From Octopus vulgaris (taxonomy: Eukaryota), in NCBI GenBank assembly GCA_951406725.2, contig OX597835.1:3720001-3784000 (forward strand): DNA of 64,000 nt. Direction: 5' to 3'. Below the pieces are notes generated by a model. The model was given only the letters and a program-made list of their open reading frames with translations, was not told the origin of the DNA and searched no databases. Position numbers and translations under genes: made by a program. This document shows, piece after piece, positions 15,618 to 29,494 of the stretch (position 1 is the first letter of the stretch; each line of letters starts with the position of its first letter).

Positions 15618-15830
15618 GGAGGCGCAATGGCTCAGTGGTTAAGGCAGCGGACTCGCGGTCGGAGGATCGCGGTTTCGATTTCCAGACCGGGCGTTGTGTG
15701 TGTTTATTGAGCGAAAATACCTAAAGCTCCACGAGGCTCCGGCAGGGGGTGGTGGCGACCCCTGTTGTACTCTTTCGCCCCAACTTTCTCTCACTCTTTC
15801 TTCCTGTTTCCTCTCCCCGACTTCCTACGC
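15618..15830 (+). mobile_element. SINE family C (tRNA-like head)
   Basis: GGAGGCGCAATGGCTCAGTGGTTAAGGCAGCGGACTCG...GGTTTCGATT head; body ctaaagctccacgaggctccggcaggg. Confidence 0.8.
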
Positions 15831-16456
15831 AACCGCTGAGCCTGGATGCGCATTCATCCATCCGTCGATGCTCTCGGTGTCGCGGGTTAACCTGCTTTCC
15901 TTTCTGCGGGTCTTACGAATAGCAAAGGACCACGTTTCGGACCGCTCGGACCGGACCGCTCCACAGCAACAGCAACAGCGTCAACAACAAATACATGATA
16001 TATCTTATCGACCCCCAGAGAAGAGAAAATTTCACGGTCATCTTTTGGTGGGATCTAAACACGGAATTTAAAGAAATATAACAGAATTGCACTAAATATT
16101 TTCTTCAATCCTTTTTACTTTGTTTTTGTTTTTGTTTTTCTTTTTCCTGGTAGCGCCTTCTCTCGATCGATAGAAATAAAGATTTATCAACATTCGTACA
16201 AGACCAGAATTTTCTATTCCTTGTCGGGTAGAAAAAGATATTCCTTCTAAACGTTTCTAAATATTGACGAATCATGTTGTGTGCATGTATGTGTTTGCGC
16301 GCGAGTGTGCACGTGTGTGTGAGAGTGCGTATGTTTCTGTATGTGTGTGTATGTCTTTTGGCGTTATTGTGACCACGCGTGTCTGAATACGTGTGCATGT
16401 GTGTGCGTATGCGTATGCATGCATATGCGTTTGCGCATAAATACGTTTGTACGAAA

Positions 16457-16588
<132 letters not shown>

Positions 16589-16936
16589 ACAGATGAGCGT
16601 ATAATGAATCCTCCAGTGTGATAGCATGGAGTGAATGCTGTATCTGTTTGACTAGAATTGGGTCAAAGGTTTTTCCATTTCTCCCTAAACAAATTGGTGA
16701 GTGTTTCCTTTACGAATTATATTTGCTGAAATGTTGCAAAAAGAATCGCTTGTCGTCCCTTATCTCCGCCATTCATTCTCGTATGAAAGCTCCGTTGATG
16801 AAATTTGGAAAGTAAAGCAGTCGAGGAAGATAGCCGGCCTCATCCAACTTCCATGGCTGAATGCACCCTTCTATAAAATAGTTCAGTGATTTTATATATA
16901 TATATATAATCTGTGTATAAAATAATGCATACATAC

Positions 16937-17075
<139 letters not shown>

Positions 17076-17109
17076 TGTATATTTATATATATATGTATAT
17101 ATATATATA

Positions 17110-17314
17110 TATCACCGTGATCACCGTGACCGACCAGGCTATCAGATGTTGCTACACATCGCTGGTCACAATGCGTTTCGCATTGTTTTAGCCTTTAAAT
17201 GACGCCTCCCCGCTGGCTAAGCGAGCAGGCCAACAGAAGAATGAGCGAGAGAAAGTTGTGGCGAAAGAGTACAGCAGGGATTGCCACCCCACCCCCCACC
17301 GGAGCCTCGTGGAG

Positions 17315-17318
<4 letters not shown>
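17110..17318 (-). mobile_element. SINE family C 3' part with an alternative tail
   Basis: Body gaaagagtacagcaggg...ccggagcctcgtggagcttt joined to a different tail. Confidence 0.65.
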
Positions 17319-17363
<45 letters not shown>

Positions 17364-17938
17364 GTTGAGTAAAAAGTAAGCAACGTTTTGAACCATGAAG
17401 AATTTGTACCTGAATTTTTGCAGTTTCGAATATTTTTAAACAGTTTTTTTTTTGGCAATTGTCTGATAATGTAGTCATAGACTTGCCCAGAAGCATCAAT
17501 AAATTAACATTGATATTTTTTTTCACCGTTGTTACAATCATCTGTAACCGAGTTGGTCGTGAATTTTGTTTGTGCCTCGTTCCAAAGGTTAGTGAAGGAT
17601 TGATGAATGATATTTGATGTTGAGTCTTGAGACACTTGTTTTTGCTGCCTTTCGGCAGTTTTGTTAACATTGCACCCCCTTGTTTGTAGGGGGAAGCGCA
17701 TTATCTGTGCCTTGATAATGTATGAAGATTCGAATTATTCAGACGTAACGAAGTCTCGAAAAGAGTTACTGAAAAGTTTCGATATTGCAGACCAGAAGAT
17801 TGGAAAAATGAAGATGGAAAACCAAAATGAATTTTATTGCTGCGGCTGGTGAAAAAATTGAAGAAATTTATTTGAAGAAGGCAGATTTTAAAAAAGTGTG
17901 TGTGTGTCTGTATGTATGCATGCATGCATGTATGTATG

Positions 17939-17972
<34 letters not shown>

Positions 17973-18278
17973 TGTATGTATGTATGTATGTATGTATGTA
18001 TGTATGTGTGTATGTATATAATATATATATTCCGATTAAAGCGACAAATCTAAACAATTGACTGGAAAATGATGAGCTTTCCAGGCTAGAATCGAACCCA
18101 CATATCAACTCTAACACGTGTATCGCCAATATAGAGTTTTTTAAAAATTGTTTTTTTTTTTAAATACAATAATTAAAAAAAACGTTAAAACCAGACCACG
18201 TTGTAACTTTATTCAACTGATTTATTATTCTATAATCATTTGCACAAATTCGGAAAATATATATATATATATATATAT

Positions 18279-18567
18279 CCGTAATAATGAAGGGTGAAAT
18301 TAATTAATTTGGAATAATTATCAATAACACCAAGTAGTCTTCGGCATGTAAAAGCCTCATTCGAGGAAAATTTAAGTAATACTAAGCAATAAAGGGTTTG
18401 GCAACGAATTGCCTTACCACATACCGAATTTAGAAATAGCAGTCAAAGAGTTATAGCTATTTCTTCTACTAAAAAGGGAGATCTCAGTAAAAACAGCAAT
18501 TGGAAGGCAGACACAAACAGGTAAACAGGCAGACACAAACAATTCGTTGCCAAACCCTTTATTGCTT
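18279..18567. mobile_element. Fragment of the hammerhead element family with a short inverted tail, between (TA)n tracts
   Basis: Matches 33289-33530; 18540-18567 is the reverse complement of 18383-18410. Confidence 0.75.
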
Positions 18568-18844
18568 ATATATATATATATATATATATACACATGTACA
18601 TGTGTGTGTGCGTGTGTCTGTGTGTGTGTGTGTGCGTGTGTGTGTGTATGTGTGTGTGTGCGCGCATGTGTGCGTGTGTGTGTGTGTGTGTAATACGGAG
18701 GTTTCCAACATGCACACATGTATAATTCCTCACAAAATATATCAAATGCATCTTTAGCGACTTCAGATATAAAACAATAATCCATGATGGACAACAACTA
18801 ACAAAACAGGATGTTAAAAGATAGTCAACAGGCATCAAGCAAAC

Positions 18845-18919
<75 letters not shown>

Positions 18920-18922
18920 AAG

Positions 18923-19359
18923 CCGACTAATGATTAAACGATAAACAAATACACAAGTCTGACAAAAACAGGACACAGCTTAGAATATACACAGACACAA
19001 ATACAAATGGATTGGCCAGTGATCTTTTTTCAGATCCTGTTTTCTCGGGAAAACAGGATCTGATAAACATCAGGGAAGCCCGGCCAATGAAATCGCAAAA
19101 TGAGAAAGCTGCCAATGAAAACGTTCGCCATGTGCTAAAAATTGAACCTACTATAGTAGTGCACTATAGTGCACATGAAACATTCAAATATCGAAAGAAG
19201 AGCTCTCGTCTGAAGATCGTATTGATGTGAAACTCCAGTTGCAATATAAATGATATACGCAAATGTGTATCATAATTAATGTATATATACCGTTGAAAAG
19301 CAAGTCACTGTGGTTTTCATCCAAAGATAACGTAACTTATGAACGTGCAATGTTCATAA

Positions 19360-19396
<37 letters not shown>

Positions 19397-19656
19397 TATT
19401 CTCGAAGATTAATTTGCTAAGATATTAATTTTGTTATTATCTGGAATGACTATTTTTAAAAAATGTTGATAACAGAACTAATAACATAGGCGATCGCAGG
19501 CCCAAGAAAAGCATTAAATAGCAGAAGGAATAAAATTAAAATTAATCAAAGGACATACAAAGTATGCCTGCCTGCTGGAAATAACAGTCACAATTTTGGG
19601 CGATTTAAATAAGAGTTTTGACTTATTTCTAGCAGGCAGACATACTTCGTATGTCC

Positions 19657-19746
<90 letters not shown>

Positions 19747-20152
19747 TTCATATAATATATAAATATATTTATTTATATGTTTATTAATTGAAAAAATATG
19801 GATTTCTAATTTATATAATTGTTAATTACAATTTAGATACGTACTTTTATTTAATGTTATGATTTTATAATTTTATAATTATTATACGTGAACTAAAATC
19901 TAAAAGTATTAAGTGTGATAGTTTTGTAAAATAGTTTGTAACGTAAAATATTAGAGTATAGCTAGTGAAAAGATATTCTATAATTTGTTAATGTTGTTAT
20001 TCTTAAAGCTGAATTATATCTTCACAGATAAATACATTTATCAGAAAAAAAATCACTGGCCAATCCATTCGTATTTGTGCCTGTGTATATTCTAAGCTGT
20101 GTCCTGTTTTTGTCAGACTTGTGTATTTGTTTATCTTTTAATCATTAGTCGG
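18923..20152. repeat. ~100-bp inverted repeats enclosing ~1 kb, flanked by (AAT)n and (ATT)n
   Basis: 18923-19022 vs 20053-20152. Confidence 0.8.
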
Positions 20153-20246
<94 letters not shown>

Positions 20247-20371
20247 TGTCCTACTGTTTCAAATTTAGTTAACGGAGTTTCTTCTGTAAGAACAATCATG
20301 ATTTTATTTCTTTAAGAAATATTGTTTAATTCTATTTGATTATTTATTTAACTATTATTGTTATTATTGTT

Positions 20372-20473
20372 AACCTGAGGAGTGACAATACTTTTAAATT
20401 GAATTGTATTTCGATTAAATTTAAGTTTAGCTGTAATTCGAATTGAAATTATAGCCATGAAACGTATGTAGTC
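20372..20473 (+). ncRNA. Degenerate hammerhead-like motif with long stem II
   Basis: ctgagga-gtg...cat-gaaac-gtat-gta; stem I is weak. Confidence 0.4.
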
Positions 20474-20695
20474 TTTTTACTTATATATTGTTTATTGATT
20501 TTTGTACTTTTTGTGATCTAGTTATATGTTTTATAATATATTTTATTTTTCCTTTATGATTTGATTTATGTCTATCACTGTTCGAATTACATAATAGTGG
20601 CTTTTCTCTAATTTATATATATTATATATTTATATTGTGAAATTTGATTTAATACTAAATTGAATTTTTCCCTGTGAGTTTGGAGTTATACTCCA

Positions 20696-20773
<78 letters not shown>

Positions 20774-21368
20774 TAAACAGTAAAGCGAGTAGCCACATCA
20801 AAGTGGCAGTTGAGTGTCACTACTAGCTTAACCCCAGCCAGATTCTTCGCGAGCTGGTTTTCGGTGCAACACTCTGCACCCTTTATATGGACTACATCAC
20901 CAGCAGGGGGAGCGAACCCCTACAACTCTCCAGTAGCAACTAACAATATCGCAGGACTGGCCCAGTTTCGAGCTATTTGGATAATCCTCAGCCGCATTCA
21001 CCTGCGCACTGGAGTGATAGCTAAAATCCGCTTCTGCCAGTGATATATTGTAAACAAAGTGACCATCGGTCACTCATTTGCAACAAACAAAATAGCTATT
21101 TATGTAATCTCAAGGAGAGATAAAATAGTAACGTACTCTAAACAGTAAAGCGCGCGGCTGAGGATGAGCCAAATAGCTCGCAACCGGACCAGTCCCGCGA
21201 TTCTGTTAGCTGCAGGAGGGTAGCGATGTATTTGTATATAAAGGGTGCAGACCGCTATACTGAAAACCAGCTGGTGGAGAATCTGCCTGGGGTTAAACTA
21301 GTAGTAATACTCATCTGCCACTTTTATGTGGCCACTCGCTCTACTGTTTAGTATACGTTACTATTTTA
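20774..21368. repeat. Inverted pair of MITE-like units
   Basis: 20774-20995 is a diverged reverse complement of 21153-21350; 21121-21368 has ~30-bp TIRs. Confidence 0.7.
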
Positions 21369-21386
21369 TAACTAGCTATAACCATA

Positions 21387-21766
21387 GGCGCAGGAGTGGC
21401 TGTGTGGTAAGTAGCTTGGTTACCAACCACATGGTTCCGCGTTCAGTCCCACTGCGTGGCACCTTGGGAAAGTGTGTTCTACTATAGCCTCGGGCCGACC
21501 AAAGCCTTGTGCGTGGATTTGGTCGACGGAAACTGAAAGAAGGCCGTCGTATATATGTACATATATATATACGTGTGTGTTTGTGTGTGTCTTTGTCAAC
21601 TGATGCTGGTGTGTTTGCGTCCTCGTAACTTTGCGATTCGGCAAAAGAGACCGATAGAATAAGTACTAGGCTTACAAAGAATAAGTCCCGGGGTCGATTT
21701 GCTCGACTAAAAGCGGTGCTCCATCATAGCCGTAGTCAAATGACTGAAACAAGTAAAAGAGTAAAA
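21387..21766 (+). mobile_element. SINE family A
   Basis: Head-to-tail homology with 14503-14948. Confidence 0.85.
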
Positions 21767-21785
21767 GCGAAAGAGCTACTTTGCT

Positions 21786-21856
<71 letters not shown>

Positions 21857-22242
21857 CAGTACACATGCAAAACACGTAGACCCGCGTATGTACATGCGCA
21901 TGCGCGGATGCGCATACATATACGCACATGCAGATACAGGCGCATGGTGTGTACCCCTATCTGCGCATGAAGATAGGGATACGCATCATAGAAGGACAGA
22001 ATGGACTAGGTGGAGCCAGAAGATACATGTGAATGGAACGGGTCGCTGAAGAGGTCACAGATGTGTGATGACAGGTTTCCAGACGATGGGAATAATATAA
22101 AATTACAAACAATAATAAACGAATAAAGAATGAATACATATCATCCCGAAATATAAAAATAATAGATTTTTATTAAATAAATTTTAAAGATGTGTAACTT
22201 TTTATTCTTCATTATTATATTATTATTATTATCATCATTATT

Positions 22243-22365
<123 letters not shown>

Positions 22366-23485
22366 TGGCAATCCCTCAAGGTCGAGGATGATAGTCTTCG
22401 CGCAAATTTATTGGTGAGTCCGCAGGTGACTGATAAGACCAATTCTTGCTCGAAAAGATCGGTCACAGTGCGGACATCTAGTGCCGGAAGGGAGAGTCGC
22501 ACGTGGTTGTTGTTGGCGCTCCTTCTGTCTTCGTCTTTTCTCCTCCAGCTCTGCAGACCTTTTCGACTCGAAATTCGCCGTTCCAATATTATTATTATTG
22601 TGTGTGTGCCAGGTCAGTGGTGAGGTTCTTTTATGAATGCTACTGATGACCTGTTGTATGGTTGGGTCGTCGGTGACTAAACCGGTACACCCACCAGGCT
22701 TGCTTAGTGAGGAGGATTGCTAGAAACCCAGCAAGACTAGAAATAAGACCTGTCAAAAGAACAGATGAACCTAGTGTAGGTTCAACGATGATCTAGCAAT
22801 TTCTCGGTCCCGGAGAAATTCCGAGTTGGTGATCGGCGTGCTGGAAGACCACTGGGAGTGAAGCATCCTTTACTTTTTGTCAAAGCATGTCCCTAGGAGA
22901 AGGTCACTCTGATTGAAACCAAATGTTCAGGAAATGACATTGAACAGTTTTTAGGACCTTTTGCTTTTGCTTGACGCTCTCATGACGCTCTCGTATTCCT
23001 GAGCCTGCGACCTATAATAACTCCTGATATCTTGTTCTGGCTCGTCTCTGGATTATGTCGGTAGAGTAGAGAGGGTCTTTGAGGTGCTGTGCAAGGCTGA
23101 TTAGAGCTAAAGTTTTAGGTTGAGCAATCACCTTCGAGGCAACTATCCGATGCCCAGTTGAAGAGGAGGGCACCGTAGCGAGCATAGAAGCTGCGGATGC
23201 GAATCCGGCTGAATCCGGCTGAATCCGACTGCTTGTGCGGTAACCTAAAGCGCGGAGCATTGCTGGCATTTTGCCTGGGCAATGATCAGTGATAGTCTTC
23301 CTCGGTCCCGAGTGGACAGCCATCATCTTCATCATTCGTGCGCGCGCGTGTAAAAACCGAAAATGATACAAATGCTCAATTAGTCACAGTTCTTTTAGAG
23401 TACGAAATAGAACTTCGTAGTTTTTTTTTTCTTTTTTAAAAAGTCAGCCAAAAAAGAGACTATGGAATACGAACGAATGAAAATT

Positions 23486-23491
23486 TTTATT
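23486..23491 (-). promoter_or_regulatory. Candidate polyadenylation signal of the cyclophilin gene
   Basis: AATAAA on the minus strand about 180 nt after the stop codon. Confidence 0.5.
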
Positions 23492-23669
23492 TAATCAAAA
23501 GACTTTCTTAAATCGATAAAATATCAAAATGCTAAAAACTGATAAAATATGAAAGAATACAGTGACATGATTTTTACGTATTTTATAAGACAAATATTTA
23601 ATTCCCAAGAGACTTCAACCAACGTGTCGATATAAGATATGAGTTATGAAAAATTATAAAATACTTGAT

Positions 23670-24359
23670 TTATTGATTTGAGGCAGTAACATCAATGTCT
23701 TTGTCAGAAAGAATTTCGTCTTCTGTTAAAGAATATTTGTTTTTTAATTCTTCAACACCACAATCTGTTATCTTGACTCGTTTCTTGGGTACGGCTGTAC
23801 TAAAGTCAGCCTCTACGTTTCCAAGTAGTTTAACTGTCTCCATACCTTCGACTATCTTTCCGAATACGACATGTTTATGGTCAAGCCACCTGGCTGCGTT
23901 GAGCAATATAAAGAACTGGGAGCCATTCGTGTCAGCTCCATGGTTTGCCATCGAAACATACCCAGCCGCTTTATGACTTAAAAAGAAGTTCTCGTCGTTG
24001 AATTTATCTCCAAAAATACTTCGTCCTCCTGTACCATCTCCGGCAGTGATGTCACCCATCTGAATAACAAAATCAGGAACGATTCTGTGAATGTTGCTAT
24101 TCTTGTAGCGTAATTTTTGGCTACCACTAGTATAACCTTCGGTTATCTTGACAAAATTCATCACAGTCATCGGCACCGTATCTCCAAACAGACCGATTAC
24201 AAATTTGCCCGTGTAGTCTTCACCCGCACCGTAATGGTTTTTAACTTCGACATTAAACCAGGCTAGCCAGGTAACGGTATAGTTGGACTGTTCTTCTTCG
24301 GCGTAGCAAAAACCGAGGATAAGTAGCAAGCTTAGGGAGCAGACTATAATCTTGTTCAT
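23670..24359 (-). CDS. PPIB: Cyclophilin-type peptidyl-prolyl isomerase with signal peptide (cyclophilin B/C-like), 229 aa
   Basis: Intact ORF with hydrophobic N-terminal signal MNKIIVCSLSLLLILGFCYA. Motifs GLFGDTVP, HRIVPDFVIQ, GDGTGGRSIFG, SMANHGADTNGSQFFI, WLDHKHVVFGK. Splice acceptor (minus-strand ttttcttttctttcag) lies 8 nt upstream of the ATG. The symbol means PPIB-like; orthology is not established. Confidence 0.92.
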   Translation of the reverse strand: MNKIIVCSLSLLLILGFCYAEEEQSNYTVTWLAWFNVEVKNHYGAGEDYTGKFVIGLFGDTVPMTVMNFVKITEGYTSGSQKLRYKNSNIHRIVPDFVIQMGDITAGDGTGGRSIFGDKFNDENFFLSHKAAGYVSMANHGADTNGSQFFILLNAARWLDHKHVVFGKIVEGMETVKLLGNVEADFSTAVPKKRVKITDCGVEELKNKYSLTEDEILSDKDIDVTASNQ

Positions 24360-24408
24360 CTTGAAATCTGAAAGAAAAGAAAAATAGTGCTTTAAGTTTA
24401 TTTATATA

Positions 24409-24805
24409 CTAGCAGTATCGCCCGGCGTTGCTCGGGTTTGTAAGGGAAATAACTATATAAGCATTTTTAGAGAGTTATAGCCAAAAAATAGCCAAAAAAT
24501 GCATTAAAAATGGAAAAAAAATGATGGTAAATTTTTTTTAAATCATTGACTCATCGTAGACATGTTTAGAGAGTTACTTCCCTTATATAATAGCGAAAAA
24601 AATGCATTAAAATGGAAAAAAATGATGGTAAATTTGTTTTTAATCGTAGACTCATCGTAGACGCGCGCTAATACCCAGAAGGGCTCGATATGAATCACGA
24701 CTATAAGATACCCGGTTTTGGTTAAACTGCACCGCAAAATGTGGGAGTAGTTAGGAATCTAAATCGTAGGAGACAGACACACAACTTCACTTTTATATAT
24801 AAAGA
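24409..24805 (-). mobile_element. Non-autonomous Helitron-type element
   Basis: Minus strand begins TCTTTATATATAAAAG, ends with hairpin cccgagcaacgccggg then CTAG, inserted between A and T; internal ~100-bp duplication. Confidence 0.8.
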
Positions 24806-25167
24806 TATATATATATATTTCTTTATTGCCTATAAGGGGCTAAACATAAAGGGGACAAACAAGTACAGACAAAGAAATTGCTTTAGTTTGACGTTCGAGC
24901 CTGTCGTAAAGGTTTGAGAGAAAGAAGTAAAAGAGAGAAGAAATACGTTTTCGTGTCTGTGTCGGGTTCTGTTCAAAGTAGTTCGAGGTTACGAAAAGAG
25001 ATTTCAAACGAAGAAGAGCATCAGATGTGGAGGAGTCGGTAGATATGAACCAGTGAACCCGTAAGTTGTTGAGTCGTGAGTATGTGTAGCGTGGATTGGT
25101 GTGTGTGTAGTGTTTAATTTGGAGAATGTATGTGTATGCATGTGTGTATGTATGTATGTCATTCTAT

Positions 25168-25632
25168 TACTCTTTTACTTGTTTCAGTCATTTGACTGCG
25201 GCCATGCTGGAGCACCTCCTTTAGTCGAGCAAATCGACACCAGGACTTATTCTTTGGAAGCCCAGTACTTATTCTATCGGTCTCTTTTGCCGAAGCGCTA
25301 AGTTACAGGGACGTAAACACACCAGCATCATTTGTCAAGCGATGTTGTGTGTGTGTGTGTGTGGGGGGGGACAAACACAGACACACAAACATACACACAC
25401 ACACATACACACACATATACACACACATACACACACACATATATATATACATACACACATATATATATACATACACACATATATATATACATACACATAT
25501 ATATATATATATATATATACATATATACGACGGGCTTCTTTCAGTTATTGAGCGAAAACACCTAAAAGCTTCACGAGGCTCCGGCAGGGGGGGGTGTGGC
25601 GACCCCTGTTGTACTCTTTCGCCCCAACTTTC
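25168..25632. mobile_element. SINE family A 3' half (minus) joined to a family C body fragment (plus)
   Basis: Junction near 25545: cttctttcagt|tattgagcgaaaacacctaaa. Confidence 0.7.
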
Positions 25633-26148
25633 AGAGCAGTACACAATACATTGTCGCGCGTTCAGTAGTATTATCGCGGTTGCTTTATAGGCCCGTTTCT
25701 CTGGAGTTTCCACAGCACGCAGCTCTTTCTTCGGACAAGTCCAAAAATAAGAATAGCAGCAATGATAATCATTAGCCATTACCAACATGAACAGCTTTTT
25801 TTTCTTTAATTTTTTTTCATCGAAGATTAATTAGCGCACCCAACCTAACTTGAATGCGTTATCTATAAAGCTTTGGACTGCTAGAAACGTCGTCGCGAAG
25901 AATTATTTCCTATAGACAGCAAGCGCTAAAAAGCATCTAAATCCTATTATCAGTTGACGAAATTCCTTCAGTACATCGGCAGATGGTGTTACCCGTATCA
26001 CGTGATTTCACCGTATCGCGGATTATCTGAAGTAGCTTGCCAAATCGAATGAATGCTAGACAGAAAATCGTCTATTTTCTTTTTATTTTCGAGATATTTA
26101 CAGCAGTGTAGGCGTTATAAACAACATATCCCAGTTGGACTGGGTATG

Positions 26149-26252
<104 letters not shown>

Positions 26253-26593
26253 CAATAATGATAAGCATCATAGCCGTGTGTTGAAAGGAATTCTTAGAGG
26301 TTTGGATAATTCACTTTTGGAAAGAAGGGTGTTTCGTTCAATATCCTTAAACAACCCTTATTCGGGGACCTTTTGGGCGGGATGGGCTACTCGACGAGAA
26401 GAAAATTCTAACTGGACCCCACCTACAAGGTCATGCGCTGTTTATCTTGATATGAAATCACCATATCGCGCACATATGGTTGTGATGCATGTGCCTCGTG
26501 TACCCTTATCAGACGGGTAGTCATGATGAGTATACTGGGCTTCGTATATTTTACCCCAGTGTCACTTTGATGGCATACATTGCTCTCTCACTC

Positions 26594-26674
<81 letters not shown>

Positions 26675-26749
26675 GATAATAATAATAATAGAGAATAGTA
26701 AGAGAATAGAAAGTGCCAGGTAATTGACTTTACAGTCCCAAATGATGAA

Positions 26750-27660
26750 AAGTGAATATGAAAGGTACAGGGAAAATAGCAAAATACCAGGTCTTAGCCA
26801 TTGAGTTACAGAGGCTATGGAACGTGCGGGTAAAATGTGTCCCTTTAGTTATAGATATATTAGGAATTACCCCTAAAGATTTGAACAGATGGATAGAGGA
26901 AATAAGCATAAAACCTAGTTTAGTGCAGTCTCAGAAAACAGTATTAATAGGGACATGTAGGACACTTTGGAAGCTACATGCGATGAAAAGATGAACGTAT
27001 ATGAGTAACGTTGACCATCAAAGCAATCAATCATGGACCAGCAACCGGATTACTAACTCCCGCTTTGAAGGATATGCATTTGCAATTCAGGAACAAGAAA
27101 TATCAACCAAAATGGACAGAGACGTAGGAAAAGCAGCAAAATGTGATAACCGATGCAGACTTTGTGGAGTTAACACCGAACATATCACACACATTATAAG
27201 CAATTGTCCGAAAATGTCACCACGGTATTATCTACTGATGGGACATGAGGCTATGGCTAGGACGCATCGGAAGGACAACTCTGAGGCCAAAGAACCCGCA
27301 GTACGGTAGATGCCATAGTTACTCATAATAAAAAGGAGTACTGGTGGAATGTCCCAGTGAAAACCTCAACAAAATGTAAACGTAATCGACCTGATATAGT
27401 GATTTGGGATTGAGAATATCAGCGAAAAAGGAGAATGACTACGCTGAACTATTGAGAAATCTACAATTACTCTATCCAAATTACAAGTTCAGGTTTATAC
27501 TTGCAATTATTGGGGAACTGGGATATGCAACACACTGTACCAATCTTGAGAAATTAGGCTTATTAAAAAACCAGAAAGGAGAAAGTCGGTTCGAAGACTA
27601 CAGATCCAAGCTATCACTGGAACTGTAAAAATCTATAAAACTTTCCAGAAGTTTATCCTT
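26750..27660 (+). mobile_element. Two fragments of restriction-like-endonuclease (RLE) non-LTR retrotransposons
   Basis: KIAKYQVLAIELQRLW...VPLVIDILG; CCHC knuckle CRLCGVNTEHITHIISNC; RPDIVIW; KKENDYAEL...IIGELG. Confidence 0.75.
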
Positions 27661-27775
27661 TAAGTATATGTGAGTATGTCCAGATATGCAACTGTATGCA
27701 CGAGAATACATACATTAAACAAAACATACAAATCTTCATACATACATACATACATGCATACATAGATACATAGAT

Positions 27776-27869
<94 letters not shown>

Positions 27870-28052
27870 AATGGTATTGCTCAGGTGTCAAAACCATAAT
27901 GATATCCGTGGGGCAGCTGATGGAGGTATGTTGGATTATTGGTATGACTGTTTTCGTATATGTGGAATAGTATCATAACACATATTTTAAATATATATTT
28001 TATTTTATTTTATTTAGTTTCAGCTCACAAGCTGTGGCCATGCTGGGGCACC

Positions 28053-28125
<73 letters not shown>

Positions 28126-29494
28126 TGTGTGTGTATATATATATATATGTATATGTATATATAAGGGAGAGAAAGAGACAGAGAGAGAGTGAGATAGAGG
28201 GACATATATAGATAGATGGAAGGACAGATAGATATGTCGGTAAATTTCCTGGCTGATGTTCGTCAGTTCTAGTTTCCTTGGAATTTCTGGTTTATTTCAT
28301 CCACCATACGAGTTAGATACCTTCCAGGCAGGCAGGCAGGCGGGCAGGCAGGCAGACAGGCAGACAAACGAACAGACAGACAGACAGACAGACAAAGAAG
28401 GTATACTCAAGAGAAAATCTGAAAATGTCCGTCGTGCGAAAATGATCTCGTGGCAAAACTGAACACGTGTTGCTGCATTGGGTGTTGCACACATCATCGA
28501 AATAACTGTTGTCACACAGGTGTTACCATGTTTACAATATAGAATCGATTACACCCATAACCATCTCTCGCCCTATCGGTTCCCGGTCGAAGCTATTTAA
28601 ATTTGTCAAACACGAATAATTTTGCTTTTTTTTTTTTTGGCTTTTCGATTTACGGCCTTTGTTGTTAACAATTTTGTCGCTGCTGCTGCTGTTGTTGTTG
28701 TTGTTGTTGTTATGGTGGTGGTGGTGGTGGTGGTAGTTTAGCTGAGGGTCAGCTTTGATCGAACAAACCTATGATGAAAAGCTTTCCTGTCTAGCAATTT
28801 CGTCTTTTTGCGTCAGGGACTATGTGTGTTTGCCTTTTTCGATATAGCTAAGTGTTTTAGATACAGCTGAGAGTTTAACTGCTATTTTCAGCAGGTAGAG
28901 CAACCACGTAGAGAACCTCTCACAGCCTACTTAGATCTATAAATAACTCAAAATGAATTGTTCAGATTCTATCCAACATCTGTGTCGCCATGTTACCAAC
29001 GTATCCGATCAATGGACAGTGTGAACACCAATACAGTACATGAATTACATTAGTGACTACACTTACGAAAAATACAGAAAACACATAAAATCGATTAAAA
29101 GAATCAAATAAATATGTATTTTGAAATAGAAAAACACATCAAATAAATCAGAAAACATCGCGTCAAACATGAAACTAACATTAATAAAGGTTGATAATAG
29201 AATAAAATAGAATATAAGGTTACAAATCAAAGTGATGTAAAATCGTGAACAACCTACAAGTGATCGTTTGGATCTGTGAAGTCGATTGCGAAGGTGAAAG
29301 TAGTAAACTAAAGACTCTAACTGTTGCATTAGCCATCCAAATACGACGTTCTCCTGCTCGTTCATCGCGTAATTGCAACAAGGAGCAATTGCACATAATA
29401 TAAAGCAAGTCGAAATAAGAAAACACTAGTAAACAATGTATCTGTATTCCACAGAATTCCTCCAGAAAAAGGAAAATTACCGAAAAAAATCATA

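Noticed and set aside
15618-15690. tRNA-like sequence (also 41555-41627 and the SINE A/B heads)
   Set aside because: No proper acceptor stem, and it continues into a repeated body with TSDs; these are SINE heads, not tRNA genes
23012-23371. 119-aa relatively GC-rich ORF downstream of the cyclophilin
   Set aside because: No recognisable domain; neighbours probable retroelement UTR fragments
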